Of a DNA stretch of 64,000 bases, positions 29,871 to 39,735 are shown piece after piece. The notes beneath the pieces were generated by a model. That model ran no database searches. It had not been told where the DNA came from and saw only the letters and a program-made list of their open reading frames with translations. A program made the translations under genes and the position numbers. This stretch comes from a virus. The stretch lies in IMG/VR virus record IMGVR_UViG_3300042507_006854, positions 32,001-96,000 of that record; one strand, 5' to 3'. Position 1 is the stretch's first letter, and each line of letters opens with the position of its first letter.

Positions 29871-30622
29871 TATTTTTTATTTTTTGACTTTATTCCGCTT
29901 ATTATTGTAAACATGCTTAAAGGAGAAATATCTTTAAGATCTTTCCAATTTTCAGAACCTTCCATATTTTTTTGTACAGCTCTTTCTTTAATTTGTTCGA
30001 AAGAAATGTTATATTCTTGCATAGTTTTTTCAAGAAGAGCTAATGGTTGAGTGACCAATGTATTTGGTTCTACATCTGAATCAATATGAGTTGTTTTACC
30101 CATTTCGTCATTACCAACAATATTGATTTTAAGAAAACTTCTGACACAACGAATAAAAGCACGATTTTCGGCAATCGCCATTAAAAAGTTTTTTGCAAAA
30201 TCTTTTGTATTGTCAAGGTGGGCATCAGCTAAGGCTGAAAATGAAACCATATTCATACTAGTTTCATAATTAGGAATCCAATCAATAGTGCATTTAACAG
30301 CAACATAATCTGGCTGAGCTTGAATTACTTCATAAGAAACATTTTTATATCCACGAATTTGGGCAAGTTCTTTAATACCCGCCAAAAGAATAAGCAATTG
30401 GTTATCAGCTAAGGATGTTACGTCAATTTCTTTAAGGTTAATATCTTTTTGATTTTTAAAAGCATCACGATTGGGAACAAGATATTCTTTATTAATCATT
30501 GCTCTCCAATTTATGGTATTGTCTGGATGAAAAATATAGTCTACGCACTCTAAAAGACCATTAACATCTCTTTTAAATTTATTTACAGTATCTTTATAAC
30601 GATAAACGATTTTATCTGACAT
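29870..30622 (-). CDS. Putative ssDNA-annealing protein (Rad52/RecT-like)
   Basis: LLAGIKELAQIRG and MAIAENRAFIRCVR resemble annealase motifs; sigma70 promoter upstream. Confidence 0.45.
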   Translation of the reverse strand: MSDKIVYRYKDTVNKFKRDVNGLLECVDYIFHPDNTINWRAMINKEYLVPNRDAFKNQKDINLKEIDVTSLADNQLLILLAGIKELAQIRGYKNVSYEVIQAQPDYVAVKCTIDWIPNYETSMNMVSFSALADAHLDNTKDFAKNFLMAIAENRAFIRCVRSFLKINIVGNDEMGKTTHIDSDVEPNTLVTQPLALLEKTMQEYNISFEQIKERAVQKNMEGSENWKDLKDISPLSMFTIISGIKSKNKK

Positions 30623-30628
30623 ATTCTG

Positions 30629-30657
30629 ATTATGGCATTATTTGATCAAAGTGTCAA
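30629..30657 (-). promoter_or_regulatory. Sigma70-type promoter, leaderless
   Basis: TTGACA-N17-CATAAT with ATG 6 nt downstream. Confidence 0.75.
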
Positions 30658-30658
30658 C

Positions 30659-31837
30659 TTATTTACCATATATTAGAAAATAATCTAGATCTTGTTTTAA
30701 TAATTCTTTGTTGTTAATTAATTTAATTTCTTGTTCTAACGTTTTCCCATTAAAATTTATCGGCTTATTCTCTTCTGCTGCTGCACGGCTTGCATAAAAA
30801 TGATTATTAGCCATCAGTATTTTATTGGTCCTATATATAAAATTATCATTTAAAAATTCACAATCTTTATCTATATCAATCTCTTCAATTAAATTTGGTA
30901 ACTCAATCATTTGATATTTACGTTCAGAAAAAAGATGCTCATTGTTTTTTGTTTTCTTAAATACAATAGCGCTTCGAATTAATAATTTATTTAAATATTC
31001 AATAAATCTAACATCAATTCCTTCTGTTACATCATAAATAATCATGCTCAGATTTTTCCTATAAACTAACAGTGGGTCTAAGTTTATAGGGCTATCCGTA
31101 ACAATGCAACAGGGTCGAGTTGCTAAATTATGAATAATAGGATCTAATACATTAATTTTTTTATAATCTAATCTAATATTGACCATTTCATTTTGATTAA
31201 AATTGGGAGGGATTACTTGGTCTGGATAACATTCTAAAATTGGATGTATAAATTTATCCCCAATAAATTTTGTAGTAAAACTTGTAGAACTTTTTTCAAA
31301 AAGTAATTTTTCACAGGCTTTTACTACATCTTCAATTTTAATTTCATTAATTCTTTTAGGATTTTCGTTCGGATTAAAACTTGGCTTCCAATTTTGGGGG
31401 GTTAAACAAATTTGCTTAGAATTTTTCCAAAATGGTCCCGCAATTTCTGGAGAAGATACGCTATAAAGGGCAACTAATGGAGTTCCGAAGGCGCTAGCCA
31501 TATGTACTGCAAAACTATCATTGCCAATATGTAACATTGAATTTTCAATAATATAAGCAGATTGATTAAGATTCGTTTGCCCTTGGTAATTAATAGCGTT
31601 TTTAAGAGGAGCATCATCTTTAGATCCAATTTGTATTATTTGAATATTTTCTTTTTCTAAAGATGGCCGAAGATGATTAATCACTTCTTGAAAATAATCA
31701 TAACATTTTCCTGGCATTCCACTACTATTTTGTATAGTAATGTATTTCTTAAATGGAAGAGGAAAATATTTTTTTATAATAAAAGGTTTTTTTATTTTAC
31801 TTCCCGTTGATAATGCGTATGTTTCTAATAAGTGCAT
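30659..31837 (-). CDS. GT9 (heptosyltransferase-like) C-terminal domain protein
   Basis: GQTNLNQSAYII...HIGNDSFAVHMASAFGTPLVALY. Confidence 0.75.
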   Translation of the reverse strand: MHLLETYALSTGSKIKKPFIIKKYFPLPFKKYITIQNSSGMPGKCYDYFQEVINHLRPSLEKENIQIIQIGSKDDAPLKNAINYQGQTNLNQSAYIIENSMLHIGNDSFAVHMASAFGTPLVALYSVSSPEIAGPFWKNSKQICLTPQNWKPSFNPNENPKRINEIKIEDVVKACEKLLFEKSSTSFTTKFIGDKFIHPILECYPDQVIPPNFNQNEMVNIRLDYKKINVLDPIIHNLATRPCCIVTDSPINLDPLLVYRKNLSMIIYDVTEGIDVRFIEYLNKLLIRSAIVFKKTKNNEHLFSERKYQMIELPNLIEEIDIDKDCEFLNDNFIYRTNKILMANNHFYASRAAAEENKPINFNGKTLEQEIKLINNKELLKQDLDYFLIYGK

Positions 31838-31838
31838 A

Positions 31839-33758
31839 TTATTCTAATTTTAAATCAATTTTGTCTTCACCATTATGCATATAGCTTAATAGCCTTTGTG
31901 TTGAAAAATAAGGATGGTAAACTATATCACAAACCCCCTCTTGACCCATTCCACCCTCCATCACAATAGCTGAGTCCATTATTTGATGATACGGTATCCA
32001 TTTGTCAATAAAGGGGTTGCCATCGATTAAATCTCTATATTCAGGTTTTGTAGCTACATATATTTTATATTTATCATTTGAATATCTATCTCTAATAGAT
32101 TCAAATAAAGATGTTACTAAAAATATATCTCCTATACTTTCAGGTTGTACAATCAAAACTCTTTTTAAATTATCATCTTTATCAAATAAGTCTTTTAGCT
32201 CTGTTTTTTGAGATTCAGATAATTCTTTTGTGGCTACTTGTCTAAAATAATTTTCAATTTGTTCTCTTGGAGCTTTATTTGATAATTGTGACATCCAATA
32301 TCTAAGACCCTCATCTTCATCGGGTACATTCATATCTAATATATGTTTATACATATATTTCAACCATTCCTTCTCGTCTTCAATATGTGGAATAATGGCT
32401 TGTGGATTTTGTTTTTTAGAAGACTCTTCAAAATTAAAATCACTGTCATTAAGAATGTCAAGACTATCTATAAATTCTTCAATTTTTTTTCCATTCACTT
32501 CAATTGAATAATTTTCTAGAGCCCATTTTCTTGACTCTATTTCTAATTGGCGCTTTTTCTTTTGATCCATGTCGTAAACTTTTTTGAAGTTTTTCGAAAG
32601 ATCAAAAGCAGACGGTTGCGATTTTAAAAATTGCGTTCCATGTTCTGTATAAAAAATAAATTTAATTGGCAAGCTTCCTTTGTTATATTCAATAATATCT
32701 TCTCCAAAAGAGTAGGCGGCTGTTGTGATAATCTTCTCTGTTAAAGCTGCTTCTACACATGGTAATTCGCAAGCGCCTGATGTAGCAGGATGAGAATATA
32801 ATGAAAATATATTATATATCTCATTTAATTGCTCATCTGTAACACCTAAACCTACATTTACTGTAACTAAACTTTTTCTTTTAGTTATGGGATTTTCAAT
32901 ATCTTGGCCATGGAATGGTGCTATAAAATATTCTCTAGTTTCTTTGCAAATATAAGTACAAAGAATTTCTCTAGGATCTACGCCATATTGCTGACATAAT
33001 CTATGAATATCCCATCCTTCTCCGTAATGAGTATGAGTGTATAGAAATGTATTTTTGATTTCTGGGTTTGCTTTTTTGAACATTGCATATGCTTCAATTT
33101 GAGTATTGATTAGCTTTCGCAATTGATTTCTAAAAACAAAGCCAATAATAAAGGAGTCTTGTGGGATTCCAAACTTGCCTTTAATTTCAGCTATTTTTTC
33201 ATCAGGTAATTTGTAAAAATTTTTAGTATCTACTAGCGGATATTGGTTTTTAACATGCGGAAACCCAAGTTTGTGAAATTCTTTTCTTGCAAAATCACTC
33301 CAAGTCCAATAATGTTGAATATCTTTTGCTTTTGTTATAGTATCTGGTAAAAGGGGTAAAGAATCAAACGTGTTCCAACATACAGTCGGAACCTTTTTAA
33401 AGAACGGCATATCTGTTACAAATTGTGAGCCCCATGTATCATTAATAGCAAAAACAATATCTGGTTTAATTTCTTTAACAATATTATTTAATTCTAATTG
33501 TCCATAAGCGGCCGCTCTAGCTAAATTAGGATCTTGATTAATTTGTTGTATTTTAGATGGATCGTTTGGTAAAGTTCCAATTGTTTGCCATGGAAATTTT
33601 TTATTTCCAGGAGAGTCTTTTGGTACGCCCTGTGCGGCATTTACTATTTCATATTTACCTGTTTTATAAAGATAAGAAAGTAAAAATTTACACTGTTTAC
33701 CAAAACCCGTAAAAGCTCCAGCGTAATCTGTTAAAAATAAAACTCTTTTTTTACGCAT
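31839..33758 (-). CDS. GT4-like glycosyltransferase fused to a DUF4214-like helical domain and a GT9 N-terminal domain
   Basis: FTGFG, RNQLRK, ELPCVEAA; PDEDEGLRYW; VLIVQPESIGDIFL...GNPFIDK. Confidence 0.75.
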   Translation of the reverse strand: MRKKRVLFLTDYAGAFTGFGKQCKFLLSYLYKTGKYEIVNAAQGVPKDSPGNKKFPWQTIGTLPNDPSKIQQINQDPNLARAAAYGQLELNNIVKEIKPDIVFAINDTWGSQFVTDMPFFKKVPTVCWNTFDSLPLLPDTITKAKDIQHYWTWSDFARKEFHKLGFPHVKNQYPLVDTKNFYKLPDEKIAEIKGKFGIPQDSFIIGFVFRNQLRKLINTQIEAYAMFKKANPEIKNTFLYTHTHYGEGWDIHRLCQQYGVDPREILCTYICKETREYFIAPFHGQDIENPITKRKSLVTVNVGLGVTDEQLNEIYNIFSLYSHPATSGACELPCVEAALTEKIITTAAYSFGEDIIEYNKGSLPIKFIFYTEHGTQFLKSQPSAFDLSKNFKKVYDMDQKKKRQLEIESRKWALENYSIEVNGKKIEEFIDSLDILNDSDFNFEESSKKQNPQAIIPHIEDEKEWLKYMYKHILDMNVPDEDEGLRYWMSQLSNKAPREQIENYFRQVATKELSESQKTELKDLFDKDDNLKRVLIVQPESIGDIFLVTSLFESIRDRYSNDKYKIYVATKPEYRDLIDGNPFIDKWIPYHQIMDSAIVMEGGMGQEGVCDIVYHPYFSTQRLLSYMHNGEDKIDLKLE

Positions 33759-33767
33759 ATTAACGTA

Positions 33768-34202
33768 TTATAAATACATTTGTTGTAAAGTCAATTTTAA
33801 ATATTCCTGAAGACGAAGAGTTTCTGCAAAATTTAATGCAATACTAATGCCACCTAATTTAATCAAATAACCAACATGCTTTTCTTCACGAATAAATGGC
33901 TCTACAAAAATAGGGGTTTTTCCAGCATGAACTGTTGACCATTTTTTTTCGCCATTAGATTGTAAAACTAAAAGAGTTTCAGCAATATCATTTTCACTAA
34001 GCTTAATTCTTTTATGTTTTTCAGGATTATTAACGTTTTCTTTAAAAGTTCCGTTTTTAGTTTCTTCGTTCCATCCCGCTTGACGGATCATATTTATATA
34101 AAAACCATTCTTTTTTTGATCTTCTTGGTCTTGAGTTAATCCAAAGGTAATCCAAGAGCCAGTTACGGATTTAGTTGGTTTACAAAAATCTAATTTTTTC
34201 AT
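33768..34202 (-). CDS. Hypothetical protein (possibly PC4/Whirly-like ssDNA-binding)
   Basis: 144 aa with a repeated beta-beta-helix pattern; weak evidence. Confidence 0.35.
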   Translation of the reverse strand: MKKLDFCKPTKSVTGSWITFGLTQDQEDQKKNGFYINMIRQAGWNEETKNGTFKENVNNPEKHKRIKLSENDIAETLLVLQSNGEKKWSTVHAGKTPIFVEPFIREEKHVGYLIKLGGISIALNFAETLRLQEYLKLTLQQMYL

Positions 34203-34217
34203 AAGTTATTATATGAT

Positions 34218-34601
34218 CTATCTGTTTGAGAATCTAAGAATAAAGTCTAATACTCTTAATATTAAAAAGATTAAACCAATATATAGAATATTACCCAAAA
34301 CCAAAGAAATTATTAAAGCAGTCCAAGTCGTTAAACATATAATACAACCAAACAGTTTTAGAAAAAAACTTATAATAAAATTATTATTTATTGATCTTTT
34401 AATATATAAGAACTCAATATAACTAGTAGCTTGCGTTTCGGTATCTGTAAAAAATTCTTCGATCAATAACCAATCATAAATCTTTTTAGGAAAGATAAAT
34501 TTTAAGGCTTTTGCATAATACGCAAAAAAATCTGAATAAAACCATAAATACATTAACCATGATCCGACACAACAGAGTAAAATTAAATATAAGCTTGACA
34601 T
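34218..34601 (-). CDS. Membrane protein with CxxC-W motif (DUF1360-like)
   Basis: LFGCIICLTTW and hydrophobic helices; resembles 11603..11887. Confidence 0.55.
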   Translation of the reverse strand: MSSLYLILLCCVGSWLMYLWFYSDFFAYYAKALKFIFPKKIYDWLLIEEFFTDTETQATSYIEFLYIKRSINNNFIISFFLKLFGCIICLTTWTALIISLVLGNILYIGLIFLILRVLDFILRFSNR

Positions 34602-34639
34602 AAGTATAAAAAAAGTTAAAGTAAAGGAACATTTCTATT

Positions 34640-34687
34640 TCGAAACCTCACTTCGTTCGGCTTCGATTTGTTCGCTTTGCTCACAAA
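34640..34687 (-). other. Twin ssDNA hairpins with tandem GA mismatches and triloops at the strand switch
   Basis: Minus strand reads TTTGT-GA-GC-AAA-GC-GA-ACAAA and TCGAAGCC-GA-AC-GAA-GT-GA-GGTTTCGA. Confidence 0.6.
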
Positions 34688-34722
34688 ATTATATTTCTTT
34701 TTTTGAAAAAATCTAATATATC

Positions 34723-34751
34723 TTGACTTGTAATTCAAAATTTATTATCGT
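34723..34751 (+). promoter_or_regulatory. Sigma70-type promoter, leaderless
   Basis: TTGACT-N17-TATCGT with ATG 6 nt downstream. Confidence 0.65.
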
Positions 34752-34757
34752 TATTTA

Positions 34758-35357
34758 ATGGTAAAAGATTTAAAAAAACATTCTGATAATCAGTTAATTA
34801 ATAAAGTTAAAAAAAATAATTGCAATGATAGTCTCAAAGAGCTTGTAGATCGTCATAGTGGAATGATTTTTAATATGGGGAAAAAATATTGCCCATCTTG
34901 TAATCTAGATTTAAATGATTTAAGTGGTAACAAATATTGGATTATATTTAATGCAATCCAATCTTATGATTCAGAAAAAGGGAGTAAATTTTCTACTTGG
35001 TTAGGTAATCAAATAAGATTCTTTTGTTTAAACCATAAAAATAAAAATACGAAACTTATACCAACAGAAAATGATTCTTTAGAATTTTTTCTTAATGACT
35101 TCTTAAAAAAAGAAAATACCTCAAATAAGAAAGAAGTTATAGACAAAATTATTGATTTATTTAATCAAATTTCAGATCCAAATACTAAAAATGCTATTTA
35201 CTATAGATATTTTTATAACAAAGAACGCATTTTAAATTATGCAGAAATTGCTGAAATCTTGAAAGTTACTCCTCAAACAGTTCTTAATTGGCATAATAAA
35301 TTTATTAGGCTTGCACAAAAAAAATTGACAAACAAATCATCTATTGATATTATATAA
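34758..35357 (+). CDS. Phage RNA polymerase sigma factor (sigma70 family)
   Basis: Region 2 (AIQSYDSEKGSKFSTW) and region 4 HTH (NYAEIAEILKVTPQTV). Confidence 0.85.
   Translation: MVKDLKKHSDNQLINKVKKNNCNDSLKELVDRHSGMIFNMGKKYCPSCNLDLNDLSGNKYWIIFNAIQSYDSEKGSKFSTWLGNQIRFFCLNHKNKNTKLIPTENDSLEFFLNDFLKKENTSNKKEVIDKIIDLFNQISDPNTKNAIYYRYFYNKERILNYAEIAEILKVTPQTVLNWHNKFIRLAQKKLTNKSSIDII
35325..35353 (+). promoter_or_regulatory. Sigma70-type promoter
   Basis: TTGACA-N17-TATTAT with ATG 9 nt downstream. Confidence 0.75.
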
Positions 35358-35362
35358 AAATT

Positions 35363-35668
35363 ATGGATAACAATGATAAAACTAAACTCGAAGAAGCTGG
35401 TGCCTTTTGGATCAAGACTTCTAAAACTGGAAACCAATTTCTTACCGGAAAAGTAAAATCAAAGTCTGGGGAAGAAATTAGTGTTATGGTATTTAAGAAT
35501 AAATATAAAACTGAAGGGTCTAATCAACCTGATTACAGAATTTATTTTGATAACGGTCCTCAAAAAGTTAGCATTTCTACTACGAAAGCGGAAGAGGCGC
35601 CTAAAAAACAAAAAGCCCTTCCTAAAAAGGAAGAGTCTGCACCAAAAAACGAAGAAATTCCATTTTAA
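35363..35668 (+). CDS. SSB-like protein (DUF736-like)
   Basis: GAFWIKTSKTG..FLTG and NQPDY motifs; acidic C-terminal EEIPF tail. Confidence 0.65.
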   Translation: MDNNDKTKLEEAGAFWIKTSKTGNQFLTGKVKSKSGEEISVMVFKNKYKTEGSNQPDYRIYFDNGPQKVSISTTKAEEAPKKQKALPKKEESAPKNEEIPF

Positions 35669-35671
35669 GCT

Positions 35672-36763
35672 GTGGCTAAATTAGCATTTAATTTACCTAT
35701 TAATTCAACCTCTTTGGGTCAAGTCTCTCTCTGTATTTTAAGAGAACTCTTTCAAAGAGGTCTGGACATTAATTTATTTCCCATTGGGGGCGTTGACATT
35801 TCAAGTCAAAATCAAGATCCAAAATTTTTTGAATGGATTCAAAAATCTATTAATGAAAGTCAAAAAAGTCATAATAGAAATACCCCAATTTTTAAATTAT
35901 GGCATTTAACTGGGAGTTTAGAAAGTTTTTCTCAAAAACAAGTTCTTTTAACTTTTTATGAGGTTGATTCTCCTACAACTACAGAAATTAATATAGTAAA
36001 AAATAATGCAAAAGTATTATTGTCAAGCAATTACGGAATTTCAATTTTTAAAAATTTTGATATAGAAAATGTTGATTTTCTTCCATTAGGGTTTGATAAT
36101 ATACATTTTCAAAAAGTTAATAATGATAAAAAGAAAGACGGTATTCATTTTGGTCTGTTTGGAAAGTTAGAGCCACAAAGAAAAAGACATTTAAAAACTC
36201 TTCAAGCTTGGGCTAAAAAATATGGTAATAAACACGGATACTTTTTAAACTGTGCTTTATTTAATCCATTTATGGATCCAAATATGCAGTCCCAAATTAT
36301 TGGACAAGCTTTAGGTAATCAAAAATATTGGAATATAAACTTTTTGGGCTATATGCAGTCTAATTCAATGTATAACGATTTATTAAATAATACTGATATT
36401 GTTCTTGCAATGAGCGGAGGAGAGGGGTGGGGGTTACCCGAATTTCAGTGTGTAGCAATGGGTAAACATTGTATTGGTTTAAACGCCCATGCATACAAAG
36501 AATGGATGACAGAAGAAAATTCTGTACTAATTAGTCCTGCAAATAAAATTCCAGTGTATGATAATTTCTTTTTTAAACAAGGTATGGACTTTAATCAAGG
36601 AAATATTTTCGATTGGAATGAAGAAGACTTTTTAGAAGGTCTAGACAAAGTTGTTGAAAAATTTAATAAAAACCCCGAGAACATTTCTGGGCTAAAATTA
36701 CAAGAAAAATTTTCTTATAAAAAAATGGTAGATAAAATTCTAGAAATATTAGAAAAAGTATGA
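35672..36763 (+). CDS. GT4-like glycosyltransferase
   Basis: GKLEPQRK and SGGEGWGLPEFQ motifs. Confidence 0.8.
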   Translation: MAKLAFNLPINSTSLGQVSLCILRELFQRGLDINLFPIGGVDISSQNQDPKFFEWIQKSINESQKSHNRNTPIFKLWHLTGSLESFSQKQVLLTFYEVDSPTTTEINIVKNNAKVLLSSNYGISIFKNFDIENVDFLPLGFDNIHFQKVNNDKKKDGIHFGLFGKLEPQRKRHLKTLQAWAKKYGNKHGYFLNCALFNPFMDPNMQSQIIGQALGNQKYWNINFLGYMQSNSMYNDLLNNTDIVLAMSGGEGWGLPEFQCVAMGKHCIGLNAHAYKEWMTEENSVLISPANKIPVYDNFFFKQGMDFNQGNIFDWNEEDFLEGLDKVVEKFNKNPENISGLKLQEKFSYKKMVDKILEILEKV

Positions 36764-36912
36764 ATTTAAATAATCTAACACCAGCCTCTTTAGGAGAAAA
36801 AATTAAATTTAAAGATGGTACAGAATATATGCGTATGCCAAATGGCGAATTACGTAGAATGTCTCCTAAGGCGGTTCAAATTAGAAAAATGAATAAAAAA
36901 CAAGTAAAATAA
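36760..36912 (+). CDS. Small basic hypothetical protein (50 aa, not in the ORF track)
   Basis: ATGA overlap with the upstream stop. MNLNNLTPASLGEKIKFKDGTEYMRMPNGELRR... fills the intergenic gap. Confidence 0.6.
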   Translation: MNLNNLTPASLGEKIKFKDGTEYMRMPNGELRRMSPKAVQIRKMNKKQVK

Positions 36913-36916
36913 GGAT

Positions 36917-37255
36917 ATGCCTTATTATTTGTTTAGCCATCCAGAAACCGAAGAAATACGTGAAATATTTTTTCATATGAATGATGAAAAAGTATATATT
37001 GACGAGAATGGTTTAAAATGGAGTCGTGAATTTATTGTTCCACAAGCTAGTATGGATACAAATATAGATCCATATTCTAAACGTGCTTTTATGGATAAAA
37101 CAAATAAAGCTGGAACATTTGGTGAAATGATGGATCTTTCAAAAGAATTAAGTGAAAAACGTGGTGGTATTAAAAATGATCCAGTTAAAAAAGAGTATGT
37201 TAAAAATTGGAAGACGAAAAGAAAATTAAAACATACACCAAAAGCGATTCAATAA
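36917..37255 (+). CDS. Hypothetical protein (FmdB-like N-terminus without Cys)
   Basis: Starts MPYYLF; common phage small-protein pattern. Confidence 0.5.
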   Translation: MPYYLFSHPETEEIREIFFHMNDEKVYIDENGLKWSREFIVPQASMDTNIDPYSKRAFMDKTNKAGTFGEMMDLSKELSEKRGGIKNDPVKKEYVKNWKTKRKLKHTPKAIQ

Positions 37256-37285
37256 ATATTTTTTATTTTGAAAATTTTTTAATTT

Positions 37286-37314
37286 TTGCATCGTAAATCA
37301 TATTGATGTATAAT
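37286..37314 (+). promoter_or_regulatory. Sigma70-type promoter
   Basis: TTGCAT-N17-TATAAT upstream of nrdJ. Confidence 0.65.
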
Positions 37315-37327
37315 TAATATTACTAAA

Positions 37328-39307
37328 ATGAGTACAGAAATTATTTCAGAAAAATTTGCAAACAAATACGTAAACAAACAACCGAATTGGGGTTTTAATG
37401 GTTTAGGGTATATTGTTTATAAAAGGACTTACGCTCGCCTTAAAGATGACGGCAAAACAGAGGAATGGCATGAAACTATTCGTCGTTGCATAAATGGTGC
37501 TCAAAAAATTGGTGCAAACTATACCCAAGAAGAAGCCGAGCAACTTTTTGATTTAATTTTTAATTTAAAATGTAATTTTGCAGGCCGTATGCTTTGGCAA
37601 CTTGGTACTCCAACAATTGATCGTTTTGGAGCGAACTCTCTTCTTAATTGTTGGAATGTTAGTATTAATAGTATTAAATCATTTCTGTTTCTTTTTGAAA
37701 ATCTAATGCTCGGTGGAGGGGTAGGGTTCTCTATTCGTCGTGAAGATATTCATGAATTGCCAAGAGTCAAAAAAGGGGTAAATATAATTCATAAGAATAC
37801 TAAAGACGCGGATTTTATTGTCTCCGATAGTAGAGAGGGGTGGATCCGTCTTTTAGAAAATGTCTTTAACGCATTTTATACGACAGGTAAATCTTTTAAT
37901 TATTCGACAATTCTTATTCGTGGCGCTGGAGAAAGAATCGGCGGGTTTGGTGGTATTGCAAGTGGTCCACAAATTCTTATTGATGGCATAGAAAAAATTA
38001 ATAAAATCTTTCAAACAAGAGAAGGTAAAAAACTTCGTTCTGTTGATGTTCTAGATATTTGTAATATTATAGGTGGAATTGTCGTTTCTGGAAATGTTCG
38101 TAGAAGCGCACAAATTGCGATTGGAGATCCAGACGATTATCTTTTCTTAAGAGCGAAAAATTGGTCTTTAGGAAATATCCCAAACTGGAGAGCTATGTCT
38201 AATAATACAATTTATGCAGATGATTTCTCTCATATTTCTAATGAGATATGGAGTAATGGTTATGTATTAGATTCTGAAACTGGTTTTGCAAAAGGTGAGC
38301 CATATGGATTTTTTAATCTTCCACTCTCACAAAAATATGGAAGACTTAAAGACGGGCCAATGAAAGATAGTAATCTTTATCCAACAGATGAAGATAATGT
38401 CGTTGGAACAAATCCTTGCGGTGAAATTAGTCTTGCTTCATATGAGTGTTGTAATCTTTCCGAATTGTATTTGAATAATATAACTTCTAAAGAAGAACTG
38501 ATTCTCTGTGCAAAGCTTTTATATAAAACACAAAAAGCTATTGCAGCATTACCTTTTATTCACGAAGAAACGAATAAAATTGTACATAAAAATATGCGCC
38601 TAGGTCTTGGCGTGACCGGAATTTGCCAATCTCTTAACAAAATTGATTGGCTTGATGCCTGTTATAAAGAGCTTCGTAAATTCGATAAAGAATGGAGTAA
38701 AGAACGTGGCTGGAATCGTAGTATTAAATTAACAACAGTTAAACCAAGTGGAACACTTAGTCTTTTGGCAGGGGCAACTCCAGGTGTTCATCCAGCGTAT
38801 TCTAAATATTATACTCGTAGAATTCGTATGGCAAGTAACGATCCTCTTGTAAGTTATTGTAGAGACCTAGGATATTATATAGAATATGTCGTAAATTTCG
38901 ATGGTTCTGAAAATCATGATACCGTGGTTGTAGAGTTTCCTTGCGAAACTCCAGACGGAGCATTATTTGCTGATGATATGGGTGTTATTAAACAGCTTGA
39001 TATGGTAAAAAAACTTCAAGAGGTTTGGTCAGATAACGCTGTTAGCGTTACAGCTTATTATAGCGAAGAAGAATTATCGGCCTTAAAACAATGGCTTTCA
39101 GACAATTATGAAAATGGGATTAAATCTGTAAGCTTCCTATTAAGACAAAAGCATGGGTTTAAACAGGCCCCATATGAAGAAATAACTAAAGAGCAATATG
39201 AGAATAAGAAATCTAAAGTAAAATCAATTATTAATATTAATCATAATATTGGAAATGAAGCTTTGGAGGGAATTGAATGTGAAGGCGGTGCTTGTCCAAT
39301 TAAATAA
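37328..39307 (+). CDS. nrdJ: Class II (adenosylcobalamin-dependent) ribonucleotide reductase
   Basis: GRMLW, LLNC, VVSGNVRRSA, TNPCGEI, TTVKPSGT and C-terminal CEGGACP. Confidence 0.9.
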   Translation: MSTEIISEKFANKYVNKQPNWGFNGLGYIVYKRTYARLKDDGKTEEWHETIRRCINGAQKIGANYTQEEAEQLFDLIFNLKCNFAGRMLWQLGTPTIDRFGANSLLNCWNVSINSIKSFLFLFENLMLGGGVGFSIRREDIHELPRVKKGVNIIHKNTKDADFIVSDSREGWIRLLENVFNAFYTTGKSFNYSTILIRGAGERIGGFGGIASGPQILIDGIEKINKIFQTREGKKLRSVDVLDICNIIGGIVVSGNVRRSAQIAIGDPDDYLFLRAKNWSLGNIPNWRAMSNNTIYADDFSHISNEIWSNGYVLDSETGFAKGEPYGFFNLPLSQKYGRLKDGPMKDSNLYPTDEDNVVGTNPCGEISLASYECCNLSELYLNNITSKEELILCAKLLYKTQKAIAALPFIHEETNKIVHKNMRLGLGVTGICQSLNKIDWLDACYKELRKFDKEWSKERGWNRSIKLTTVKPSGTLSLLAGATPGVHPAYSKYYTRRIRMASNDPLVSYCRDLGYYIEYVVNFDGSENHDTVVVEFPCETPDGALFADDMGVIKQLDMVKKLQEVWSDNAVSVTAYYSEEELSALKQWLSDNYENGIKSVSFLLRQKHGFKQAPYEEITKEQYENKKSKVKSIININHNIGNEALEGIECEGGACPIK

Positions 39308-39735
39308 TGAAAGATAAAGATATACATAAACATTTACGAGATTCAATGGATGAAACATTGGAAAAAAAGTTTATGCAAAATCTTCAATGGTCAATGTTAT
39401 TTTTCTGTTTTAATCAAATTGCGAACCATATAAATGAAGAAAATAATTTTAAAAAAAAATATGTTCATCAAGAATTTATAAAAACATGGAAAAAATTTGC
39501 TAATCAAAATATCTCAAGCGTAGATTTAAAAATTATTAATGATATTTTAAATTCTCCTAAAAATGTTTTTTACTCAGCGCTTCAAAATAATAACGAAATT
39601 AGCGAAAGCACCGAAATATATCAAGAAAAATATAATAATATATTAAATAAAATTGAAAAATTTTTTTTAAATACTTTAAATAATGAGAAAAATTTTGAAT
39701 CTCCAGAAGAAGACGACGATAATAAATATGCGTAA
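39307..39735 (+). CDS. Hypothetical protein
   Basis: ORF translationally coupled to its neighbours. Confidence 0.55.
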   Translation: MKDKDIHKHLRDSMDETLEKKFMQNLQWSMLFFCFNQIANHINEENNFKKKYVHQEFIKTWKKFANQNISSVDLKIINDILNSPKNVFYSALQNNNEISESTEIYQEKYNNILNKIEKFFLNTLNNEKNFESPEEDDDNKYA

